From: Methanothermobacter thermautotrophicus str. Delta H
GTDB lineage: Archaea > Methanobacteriota > Methanobacteria > Methanobacteriales > Methanothermobacteraceae
Direction: 5' to 3'
Assembly: GCF_000008645.1 (NCBI RefSeq)
Contig: NC_000916.1
Span: 1,440,001 to 1,472,000 of the forward strand
Length of the DNA: 32,000 bases
Of this stretch, positions 16,583-24,632 are shown piece by piece (the first letter of the stretch is position 1; every line of letters begins with the position of its first letter). A model generated the notes under the pieces. The model saw only the letters and a program-made list of their open reading frames with translations, was not told the origin of the DNA and did not search any database. The position numbers and the translations under genes are program-made.

Positions 16583-17932
16583 TCACCCTATCACATTTTC
16601 AAGGTAACCGCGGGTCCTTTCATGTATATACCTGGCCTTCTCCTCTGTCTTTCCCTCCAGGGTGATCCTGATGTAGGGCTCTGTCCCTGATGGTCTCACA
16701 AGGACCCAGCTCCCATCATCGAGGGATATCCTGACGCCGTCGATGGTGTTAATATCTGATGTCTCGCTGAACTGGTCACTGAGCTCAGCAGCTACCCTCT
16801 CCATTATGATATCCTTCTTCTCGTCGGGGCACGGGACCTTGTCCCTTATGTTGGGGTAGGATGGCACCTCCTCAAGCAGCTCTGAGAGGGGCCCCCTTGC
16901 TGATACAAGTTCCGCCACCCTGAGGGCTGAGAGTATCCCGTCGGGGCACATGCAGAAATCAGGGTGCAGCCAGGTACCTGAGGGCTCACCTCCGAACCTG
17001 GCCCCCTCCTCTGCAATGGTGTTGGCCACATGCACATCACCCACACGGGTCCTTATGACTTCGCCCCGGTCCCCCAGGCATTCATCAACACAGAGGGACG
17101 CATCAACGGTTGTTATTATTTTACCTCCAATCTCCCTTGCCATGAGGGCCAGGAGCTTATCGAAGCTTGCGAATCGTCCCTGGTCGTCGATTGCAACCAT
17201 CCTGTCTGCGTCACCGTCGTGGGCTATGCCCAGATCAGCCCCGGTTGACCTCACAGTCTCCATCAGCTCCGAGAGGTTCTCAGGGACCGGTTCAGGGTCA
17301 CGGCCCGGGAAGAAACCATCAGGCTGAGAGTTAAGGGTTATGACCCTGCAGCCGGCCTTCCTGAATATGAGGGGAGACAGGTGGGATGCTGCGCCGCACC
17401 CTGAGTCAATGACGACCTTGAGGGGTTTTTTAATCTCCACGGTTTCGAGTACCGCCCTGACATAGTCATCCCTCATATCAACCGTGGTTATGGACCCCAG
17501 TTCATCCCAGGCCTTCCTTTTGAAGTCCCTGCTGTGTATTATGGACTCTATGACCCTCTCCTGCGATGGTCTGTAGGCCATCCCGTCAGGGTTCCAGAGT
17601 TTTATCCCGTTGTAGGGGGCGGGGTTATGGGATGCGGTTATCATCACACCAGCAGCTGCACCCAGACGGGATGCTGCGTAACCCACAAGGGGTGTGGGGA
17701 CCATTCCAAGGCGTGTAACATCACAGCCACATTCTACTATCCCGGCGATCAGGGCATTCTCCAGAAGCTGGCTGGATGTCCTTGTATCGTAGCCCACAAC
17801 AACCTCCCCATCACCACCGAGGTGGGTTGCCAGGGCCTTCCGGTGTTCAGCTGTCAGTTCCAGTGTGACCTTCTCTCCGAAGCGGCCCCTTATACCTGAT
17901 GTACCGAAGAGTCGCGGTTTTTTCTCCTTCAT
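16583..17932 (-). CDS. glmM: Phosphohexomutase, paralogue 2 (probable phosphoglucosamine mutase, given its linkage to glmU)
   Basis: 449 aa with TASHNPAPYNGIKL, DGDADR, GGEPSG and RPSGTEP. A 4-nt gap separates it from glmU, and a 1-nt gap separates it from apgM. Confidence 0.85.
   Translation of the reverse strand: MKEKKPRLFGTSGIRGRFGEKVTLELTAEHRKALATHLGGDGEVVVGYDTRTSSQLLENALIAGIVECGCDVTRLGMVPTPLVGYAASRLGAAAGVMITASHNPAPYNGIKLWNPDGMAYRPSQERVIESIIHSRDFKRKAWDELGSITTVDMRDDYVRAVLETVEIKKPLKVVIDSGCGAASHLSPLIFRKAGCRVITLNSQPDGFFPGRDPEPVPENLSELMETVRSTGADLGIAHDGDADRMVAIDDQGRFASFDKLLALMAREIGGKIITTVDASLCVDECLGDRGEVIRTRVGDVHVANTIAEEGARFGGEPSGTWLHPDFCMCPDGILSALRVAELVSARGPLSELLEEVPSYPNIRDKVPCPDEKKDIIMERVAAELSDQFSETSDINTIDGVRISLDDGSWVLVRPSGTEPYIRITLEGKTEEKARYIHERTRGYLENVIG
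17201..17335. repeat. Inverted partner of the 11046..11180 tract
   Basis: Its reverse complement is identical to 11046..11180 except at one position. Both copies encode LNSQPDGFFPGRDPEPVPENLSELMETVRSTGADLGIAHDGDADR. Confidence 0.95.
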
Positions 17933-17933
17933 C

Positions 17934-19163
17934 TTAAGCCCCGAATTTTTCCTTTTTGTTCATGAGGTCGAGGAGTATGTCCATGACATCGGATCCCCGT
18001 ATCCGGCAGAGACCACCAGCCGCGGCGGCCCTCTCACTGAAGGATGTGACATCATCAACACGGACCTCCGGCCCGGTTATGGCGATGGGCACAGGGTCAC
18101 CTGTGTGGTCCATGACAGATACAGGTGTTGAGTGGTCCGCCGTTAGTATGAAGTAGATATCATCCCCCATCAGGTCCCCGAGGATGGAGTCGACCCTCTC
18201 AATGAAACGGACCTTTCCCTCGAGGTCGCCGTCGTGTCCAGCCTCATCAGCACCATCGATGTTTATGAGGAGGAAATCGTAATCAGCGGCAATTGCACTG
18301 GATATGGCGTTCTTTATGCTCTCAAGGTCTGTGTCTATTCCCCCGGTGGCCCCCTCAACGTCTATCACATCCATGCCTGTGAGGTGCCCTATACCCTTTA
18401 TGAGTCCTGTTTCGGCTATGCACGCCGCCTTCAGATCGTAGCGTTCCTGGAATTTCTCAACATGTGGAACGGCACCTGCCCCCCGTGGGAGTATTATGTT
18501 TGCAGGGGCCTCACCCCTTTCGATCCTCCCGGTGTTGACCGGGTGGTCCCTCAGGATTTCATAGGATTCCTTAACGATCCTGTTGAGGACCTCAGCTGTC
18601 TTCCGGGATTCAGGGGATCCATCAAGTGCCTTTATCTTCTTCGGAGGTTTTCCCTCCACCTTGGGGTCTGCATCTGAGACCTTATCCCCGAGTCCGGGTC
18701 CCCTCAGTACAAGGACTGCCCTGTGACCTGTTGATTCCCTGAATATTATTTCAACGTCCTCAAAGCCCTCAATGGTCATTGAATTTATCGTCCGGGCTAT
18801 ACTTGAGGTTCCTGACCTTATACGTCCGGCTCTCCTGTCTGTTATTATCATATCCTCGTCTGCAGTTGCGAAGTTGCACCTGAATGCGATGTCCCCTGGC
18901 TTCACATCAAGGCCAACACCAGCGGCCTCAAAGGGTCCCCTTCCGGTGTAAACCCTGTAGGGATCATATCCGAGGATTGAAAGGTGCGATGTGTCGCTCC
19001 CCGCCCTCACACCGGGTTTTATGGGGTCCATTATACCGTTAATACCTGACTCTGCTATCCTGTCCATATTGGGGGTGCTGGCGGCCTCGAGAGGTGTTCT
19101 GCCTGAGAGTTTCTCAAGCGGGCGGTCAGCCATCCCGTCTATTATCATTATTACCCCTTTCAT
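17934..19163 (-). CDS. apgM: 2,3-bisphosphoglycerate-independent phosphoglycerate mutase, archaeal type
   Basis: 409 aa with [27 protein letters not shown] and TADHSTP, which are alkaline-phosphatase-superfamily metal ligands typical of ApgM. Confidence 0.92.
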   Translation of the reverse strand: MKGVIMIIDGMADRPLEKLSGRTPLEAASTPNMDRIAESGINGIMDPIKPGVRAGSDTSHLSILGYDPYRVYTGRGPFEAAGVGLDVKPGDIAFRCNFATADEDMIITDRRAGRIRSGTSSIARTINSMTIEGFEDVEIIFRESTGHRAVLVLRGPGLGDKVSDADPKVEGKPPKKIKALDGSPESRKTAEVLNRIVKESYEILRDHPVNTGRIERGEAPANIILPRGAGAVPHVEKFQERYDLKAACIAETGLIKGIGHLTGMDVIDVEGATGGIDTDLESIKNAISSAIAADYDFLLINIDGADEAGHDGDLEGKVRFIERVDSILGDLMGDDIYFILTADHSTPVSVMDHTGDPVPIAITGPEVRVDDVTSFSERAAAAGGLCRIRGSDVMDILLDLMNKKEKFGA

Positions 19164-19193
19164 GATTAACCCACCTTCCTAGATTTATGATCT

Positions 19194-19877
19194 CTATCCT
19201 AAAATAATTCCTATAACTGCCCCTGTAACTGTTGCAAGGAGGTTCACATGTTCATTGGTGAGGTACTTCCTTCTTTCAAGGACTGCACCCAGAAGACTGT
19301 CCATGAAGCAACCCACAGTCCCTGCAATCACAGCCACCTTCATTGATTTGAGGGGATCAGGGCATACACCAAGTAAAAATGCTGATAAACCAATTATACC
19401 TGCTCCCGCTATACCAGCAGCGGTTCCAAGGGATGATATGCCTCCATCGGTCCCGGGTTCCACCCTCTTAAGTGTTGTTATGAGTCGCGGTGTCTGCAGA
19501 ACTCCGATCTCACTCGCCATGGTATCGGCGGTGGCGGTTGCAACGGATCCTATGAAGCCCCCAACAAAACCGTCATAGTATCCAAAGGCAGCCATTATGA
19601 AGGGCACTATCCCATTCGATATAACGTTCTTGGCGCTTCTGGTTCCCTCAAAGACACCAAGCTCCTTCTTGTATTCATGTCTGTACTTTGTTGATAGGAG
19701 GCCAAGAACGAGGAAAATAAAAATAAGAAGGAGCCAGTTAAAACCGGCGGATAATATTATGAGAAGACCCATAAGGATCATGAAAAGGGACCCCCATACA
19801 TCGAGGGCACCTCTATAGTAGGTTAAGAATCCAATGAATACGCACAGGAGTACGTATCCAATGTTGAGGTCTATCAT
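19194..19877 (-). CDS. DUF92 / TMEM19-family integral membrane protein
   Basis: 227 aa with 6-7 transmembrane segments and the conserved motifs SAKNVISNG, ATADTMASEIG and GTDGGIS..G. Confidence 0.75.
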   Translation of the reverse strand: MIDLNIGYVLLCVFIGFLTYYRGALDVWGSLFMILMGLLIILSAGFNWLLLIFIFLVLGLLSTKYRHEYKKELGVFEGTRSAKNVISNGIVPFIMAAFGYYDGFVGGFIGSVATATADTMASEIGVLQTPRLITTLKRVEPGTDGGISSLGTAAGIAGAGIIGLSAFLLGVCPDPLKSMKVAVIAGTVGCFMDSLLGAVLERRKYLTNEHVNLLATVTGAVIGIILG

Positions 19878-19898
19878 GAGGGGTCCCGATCCATTTGA

Positions 19899-20486
19899 TT
19901 AGGCTGGTTCCTCCAGAACCCTGCTCTTTATTATTTCAACCCTCTTGAGGGGGTAGATCTTCTTGGCCTGGTGGTATATTTCTGAGGCTATTTTTCCTGT
20001 TACAATACCCTCCACGAGTTCCTCAAAGGTCTTCTCTGAGGCGATTTCTCTGAGGTGTTCCTCTATGCTCTGCCTCATGTACTTCTGCTGTGAGGACTTC
20101 GCCCTTCGGATTGTTATGGCCAGGGGATGGACCTTAAGTTTGTAACCATCCTTTGTTTCAACTATAACCGGGGCATCGACCCTGCTCGTACCCCTCCTTA
20201 TCATGCTCCTGACGTAGTCCGTCGTGACCTGGTGGCCTATGAACCTGGTTGTGGCCTCACTGCCGGCGACGCTGTCTATCTGGAACTTCAGCTTAACGTA
20301 CTGCTTTGAGAAGTCTCCGGTCAGTTCCCTCATGGTGGCTTCAACCCTCCTCTTGAGGAGGAAGTCAGGGTCCCTTGAGGGTGTTGTTCCTATCTCGTTT
20401 TCTCCAAACAGTTTAGGACTTTTTATCACATACCATTTCTTTTCTTTCCATGTATCACGTACTCTCCTTCTTCGAGCCTTTGCCAT
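19899..20486 (-). CDS. rps3ae: 30S ribosomal protein S3Ae (eS1)
   Basis: 195 aa starting MAKARRRRVRDTWKEKKWYVIKSPKLF..., with full-length similarity to archaeal S3Ae. RBS AGGTGA. Confidence 0.95.
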   Translation of the reverse strand: MAKARRRRVRDTWKEKKWYVIKSPKLFGENEIGTTPSRDPDFLLKRRVEATMRELTGDFSKQYVKLKFQIDSVAGSEATTRFIGHQVTTDYVRSMIRRGTSRVDAPVIVETKDGYKLKVHPLAITIRRAKSSQQKYMRQSIEEHLREIASEKTFEELVEGIVTGKIASEIYHQAKKIYPLKRVEIIKSRVLEEPA

Positions 20487-20691
20487 TATATCACCTTAAT
20501 CTTTAACACCGTAAAAACAGCTGGATTTAACATAAATTCAAAAAATTCATATTTAACTGGTTAACCATGATTTAGAGTTACATACACCGCCAGTATGGAA
20601 TACTCTATAATAGGATAAGGGAGTATTTAAATCTTGACATGGTGGTTTGGGGTGCTGTGTGGTCATGAATATGAACAGCCAGTTATGCGGG

Positions 20692-21017
20692 TTACACTGA
20701 CTTCATGAATTCGGTGTGCCTGATCCACCTTTCAAGCACTTCCTCAACCGGGCCCTCATCGGCCACGAATTTTATACTGGCATCCTCAATCCCGACCTTA
20801 CCCCTGAGGCCGGCCTGGACAGCTATTACAACATCACAGTCTCTGATGGCATCAAGGGCTTTCATCCACTGATGTTTCCCGGGTTCAGAGATTTCAACGG
20901 TCCGCCTCTCAAGAAATCTTGGTTTACCCCCACTGTATTCATACACAAGGAACTGGGAGGCCCTCCCGAAATGGAGGTCAACCTCCTCCCCCTGGAGGAG
21001 GCCAGTGCTATCCTCAT
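20692..21017 (-). pseudogene. NifX/NifB-C-terminal-like dinitrogenase FeMo-cofactor-domain protein, interrupted by a 1-nt frameshift
   Basis: ATG 21017 lies 1 nt after the isf stop and reads MRIALASSRG, then goes out of frame. The tracked ORF frame, read upstream of its GTG 20946, gives ..GEEVDLHFGRASQFLVYEYSGGKPRFLERR... Together these form the canonical family N-terminus (MRIA.AS..G..V..HFGRA..F.VYE). The frames meet at the C5/G5 run at 20988..20992. Confidence 0.75.
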
Positions 21018-21018
21018 C

Positions 21019-21591
21019 TTAAGAACCGCCATTTATCCTTTTTATGAGCTCAGCCACGTTTTCTCCGAAACGTCTTATGGTCTCAATTCCCTCACTGTCA
21101 TCTTCAACCTCGCCGGGGGCCCATCCAAATACCATGTTCCAGTAGGTTGAACCCGGTACTATCATGTCGTTTATGAAGTAGAACATCAGGAGTTCCTGTA
21201 TGGTCGCGGTGTGGCCTCCGCGCCTTGCAACCGCAATGGGGCCACCGACCTTCCAGCTCAGGAATCCGTCTGAGGCCCTTGAAACCATCCCGATCCGCTG
21301 CAGCGCCGCCATCAGGTCGCCTCTGGCGGTTCCAAAGTAGACAGGGGTTGCAACTATGAAACCCTCGGAGTCACGTATCCTGTCGATTATATCGTTGAGG
21401 CCGTCATCTATCCTGCAGCGGTGCTTCTTCGCACAGCTCAGACAGGCCCTGCAGGATTCGATTTTCATTCCACGGAGTGATATTATATCTGTTTCAACAC
21501 CATGGCTCTCTATAGCATCCCTGCAGTGCTCAAGGACCATCATGGTGTTGCTCTTCTTTCTCGGGCTTGCAGATATCATTAAAACCTTCAT
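21019..21591 (-). CDS. Iron-sulfur flavoprotein (ISF)-like NADPH-dependent FMN reductase family protein
   Basis: Starts at MKVLMISASPRKKSNT, with RBS GAGGAGGAG 4 nt upstream. It has the compact Cys motif CRACLSCAKKHRC (CX2CX2CX5C) and the flavodoxin-like PVYFG, closely paralleling Methanosarcina Isf. The 32 extra N-terminal codons in the ORF track are rejected. Confidence 0.85.
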   Translation of the reverse strand: MKVLMISASPRKKSNTMMVLEHCRDAIESHGVETDIISLRGMKIESCRACLSCAKKHRCRIDDGLNDIIDRIRDSEGFIVATPVYFGTARGDLMAALQRIGMVSRASDGFLSWKVGGPIAVARRGGHTATIQELLMFYFINDMIVPGSTYWNMVFGWAPGEVEDDSEGIETIRRFGENVAELIKRINGGS

Positions 21592-22372
21592 ATAACTCCT
21601 CCTCATGATTATTAACGTCGGCACCTCTGAGTGCATGCTGACATGGACATGATTGCTCTGTTTTGAGGTCCCTGATTGCAGCATCAATGATGTCTATGAG
21701 ATCATTCTTCTTCTCATCCATAATCTCGAAGACCTCATCTATGGTGAGCTTGCTGGGTGAAATGGACGCCGCATAGTTGGATACGAGGCATATGCTTGCA
21801 TAGCACATCTCAAGCTCCCTTGCAAGGACGGCCTCTGGCAGTCCTGTCATGCCAACCACGGTGCCCCCAAGGGTCTGGAACATCCTTATCTCTGCAGGTG
21901 TTTCAAACCTGGGGCCCTCGGTGCACACGTACACCCCCCCATCAACCACACCTGATGATCCGCTGAGGGCGGAACGTATATTCCTGCAGTAGGGCTCTGT
22001 CATGTCTACATGCACTGTTTTCTCATCATAGAAGGTTGATGGACGGGACCTCGTGAAGTCGAGGAAGTCATGAGGCACAACAAAGTCCCCGGGCCCTATG
22101 GACCTTTTAAGAGACCCAACAGCATTTGTTGCTATTATCTGTCTGACCCCCAGCTCTTTGAGGGCCCATATGTTCGCCCGGTAGTTTACCATGTGCGGGG
22201 GTTTGTCATGGCCCGGTGAGTGCCTTGGTATGAAGGCGACCCTCCGCCCGTGGAGTTTGAATACGGATATTTCAGGGGTTTTGCCGTAGGGGGTGATGAG
22301 GGACCCCCTTCTCTCCAGCCTCCCGTATTCAGCCATCTCATATATGCCGGTACCTCCAATGATCCCTATCAT
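21530..22372 (-). CDS. mtnP: S-methyl-5'-thioadenosine phosphorylase (purine nucleoside phosphorylase family 2)
   Basis: The true start is MIGIIGGTGIY at 22372, with RBS GGGGTGA 13 nt after the rtcB stop. Motifs are FIPRHG-like FIPRHSPGH, TNAVGSL, EGPRFET and MTGLPE. The 3' end as read overlaps isf by 62 nt (see findings). Confidence 0.85.
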   Translation of the reverse strand: MIGIIGGTGIYEMAEYGRLERRGSLITPYGKTPEISVFKLHGRRVAFIPRHSPGHDKPPHMVNYRANIWALKELGVRQIIATNAVGSLKRSIGPGDFVVPHDFLDFTRSRPSTFYDEKTVHVDMTEPYCRNIRSALSGSSGVVDGGVYVCTEGPRFETPAEIRMFQTLGGTVVGMTGLPEAVLARELEMCYASICLVSNYAASISPSKLTIDEVFEIMDEKKNDLIDIIDAAIRDLKTEQSCPCQHALRGADVNNHEEELYEGFNDICKPEKEEQHHDGP

Positions 22373-22385
22373 TGCTTCACCCCGG

Positions 22386-23852
22386 CTATCCCTTGGCAAC
22401 GCCGAGGGGGAGCATCCTCGCCACAAGGCGGGATATTCCTGTTTCATGGGCGGTTCTAACAACGACGTCCACGTCCTTGTAGGCCCCGGGGGCCTCCTCT
22501 GCAACCACAGGCATGGAGGTGGCCCTGACATAGATGCCCTCACTTTCAAGTTTCCTCTGGACCTCCTCGCCGCGGTAGGTCTTCTTGGCACCTGCACGGC
22601 TCATCTTACGCCCGGCGCCGTGGGCGGTTGAACCGAAGGTCTCCTCCATGGCAACCTCTGTTCCGTGGAGCAGGTAGGATGATGTTCCCATTGTCCCCGG
22701 TATTATCACCGGTTGACCGATTTTCCGGTACTCCTGAGGTATCTCATCCCTTCCCGGTCCAAAGGCCCTTGTAGCCCCCTTCCTGTGGACGAATACCTCT
22801 GTTTCACGACCCTTTATGGTGTGGACCTCCTTCTTGGCTATGTTGTGGGCCACGTCATAGACGATTTCCATCTCCATGTCCTCTGCAGTCATACCGAAGA
22901 CGGCCTCAAAGGATTCCCTGACCCAGTGGACTATCATCTGACGGTTGGCCCAGGCATAATTTGCAGCTGCTGCCATGGCCTGGAAGTAATCCAGGGCCTC
23001 ATCCGAGTCCACAGGGGCGCATGCAAGCTGCCTGTCAGGTATGTTTATCTTGTACCTCCTGTATGCCTTGTCCATGAGCCTGAGGTAATCTGAGCAGATC
23101 TGGTGGCCGCAGCCACGTGAACCTGAGTGTATCATGACGGCGACCTTTCCGGGGCTCACACCGTAGACCCTAGCTGCTTCCTCATCGAAGATCTCATCAA
23201 CCATCTGGACCTCGAGGAAGTGGTTACCTGAGCCAAGGGATCCGAGCTGGGGTATGCCCCTCTTCTTGGCCTTTTCACTGACCTTTTCTGAGCTGGCATC
23301 CTCCATTTTACCGTTTTCTTCAAGGCGCCTGAGGTCCTGGTCCCAGCCGTATCCGTTTTCAACGGCCCATTCAGCCCCGTTTTCAAGCACCTCATCGATC
23401 TCCCCGGGTTTCAGGCGTATCTTCCCCTTACTCCCAACACCGGAGGGGACATTGGTGAAGAGTGTGTTTATGAGCTCCTTTATCTTTGGCCTGACATCCT
23501 CATGGTCAAGGTTTGTCCTGACCATCCTCACACCACAGTTTATATCGAATCCAACACCTCCAGGGCTTATAACTCCTGTTCGGGCGCTGAAGGCACCCAC
23601 ACCTCCAATGCTGAAGCCGTAACCGAAGTGAATATCTGGCAGTCCAATGGAAAACTTCTGGATACCCGGGAGACAGGCAACATTGGCCACCTGATCGATG
23701 GCACCCTTCTCAAGGTCCCTGAGGGCCTCCTCCCTCAGGAAGATCCTCCCGGGCACCCTCATCCCCTTCTTGTATGATGTTGGAACTTCCCATACGGATT
23801 CTCTCACCTTAACCAGTTCTTCATGTATACTCATGCAAACCATCTCCATCAT
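22386..23852 (-). CDS. rtcB: RNA-splicing ligase RtcB (3'-phosphate/5'-hydroxyl ligase)
   Basis: 488 aa with [22 protein letters not shown] and the nucleotidyl-His motif STAHGAGR. No intein is present, as the length is normal. The probable true start is ATG 23834 (MSIHEEL), preceded by GGAG. Confidence 0.95.
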
Positions 23853-23865
23853 TTCTTCTCATCAA

Positions 23866-24288
23866 TTAGAGGTCCAGAATTACCCTCGCCTTTATCAGCC
23901 CATCTTCATCCAGGATTTCCATCATATGGAATGTCACGGCCTTCACCTCGTCACGCCGCTCATGGCCTTCCTTTATCTCTTCACCCATGGCGGTGCCGGT
24001 GAGGTGGAGGCCATCATCTTTCTCATCTATCTTAACTTTGAATTTACTGAATAAAATAAATTCAGTGTCATGTATGAAGAGCAGTTCATCCAGCCAGTCA
24101 TAGAGAAGCGAAACCCTATCCTCTGATGTGATTTCAACTCTCCTCTCCTCAGCAGCCTCAACCAGTGACGTGTCGGTCATAACCTCGAACATTGCAAGGG
24201 CTGCGTTCTCAAAGACCTCCTCGAGGTCATGTCCATAGGCCCAGAATCCAGCATCTGCAGTGACATCAAAGAATTCAAACCCTTTCAT
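23866..24288 (-). CDS. Archease (RtcB activator)
   Basis: 140 aa starting MKGFEFFDVTADAGFWAYG...KAVTFH...; the N-terminal F.H.AD and C-terminal KA.T.H motifs are characteristic of archease. It lies 13 nt upstream of rtcB. RBS GGGAGGGAG. Confidence 0.9.
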   Translation of the reverse strand: MKGFEFFDVTADAGFWAYGHDLEEVFENAALAMFEVMTDTSLVEAAEERRVEITSEDRVSLLYDWLDELLFIHDTEFILFSKFKVKIDEKDDGLHLTGTAMGEEIKEGHERRDEVKAVTFHMMEILDEDGLIKARVILDL

Positions 24289-24463
24289 GGTCTCCCTCCC
24301 GGTGTGCAGCAGGTGATATTGATCATAAACTTAAGATGCACATACACTGAGTTATTGAGGGGGGTTCTCTATCCGGTATGTGCTTTACTCTTTACTTCTC
24401 AGGCGCTCTCTATCTCTTTTCTTAAATAATCTCCACATGAACATGGTAGTGGAGTGGATTATT

Positions 24464-24631
24464 ATGCACAGTCTGAGGAAATCAAACAGTATATGGAGAC
24501 GTCTCGGGCACCTTGCCGTTGTGGTGGATGTGAGGTCATGTTTAATCATCTCAATGGTTCTCATGGCCCTCCTGTGGGGCGTTATCAGCGTCGCAGCGGG
24601 AGGAAACTCAAATTATCCTGCGGGTATCTGA
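24464..24631 (+). CDS. Candidate small membrane protein (55 aa), hypothetical
   Basis: Reads MHSLRKSNSIWRRLGHLAVVVDVRSCLIISMVLMALLWGVISVAAGGNSNYPAGI, a basic N-terminus followed by one hydrophobic helix. GGAGTGGA lies 5 nt upstream of the ATG. A TATA-like CTTAAATAAT (24420..24429) lies about 25 nt before that. I recognise no homology, so this rests on signals only. Confidence 0.3.
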   Translation: MHSLRKSNSIWRRLGHLAVVVDVRSCLIISMVLMALLWGVISVAAGGNSNYPAGI

Positions 24632-24632
24632 A

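Noticed and set aside
21592-21687. The 32-codon N-terminal extension of the tracked isf ORF
   Set aside because: The flavodoxin-like N-terminus MKVLMISASPRK is preceded by a perfect GAGGAGGAG RBS. The extension lies inside mtnP.
22373-22597. The 75-codon N-terminal extension of the tracked mtnP ORF ([15 protein letters not shown]...)
   Set aside because: It overlaps the 3' end of rtcB in another frame and is Arg/Pro-rich nonsense. The conserved MTAP N-terminus MIGIIGGTGIY, with a GGGGTGA RBS, begins at 22372.
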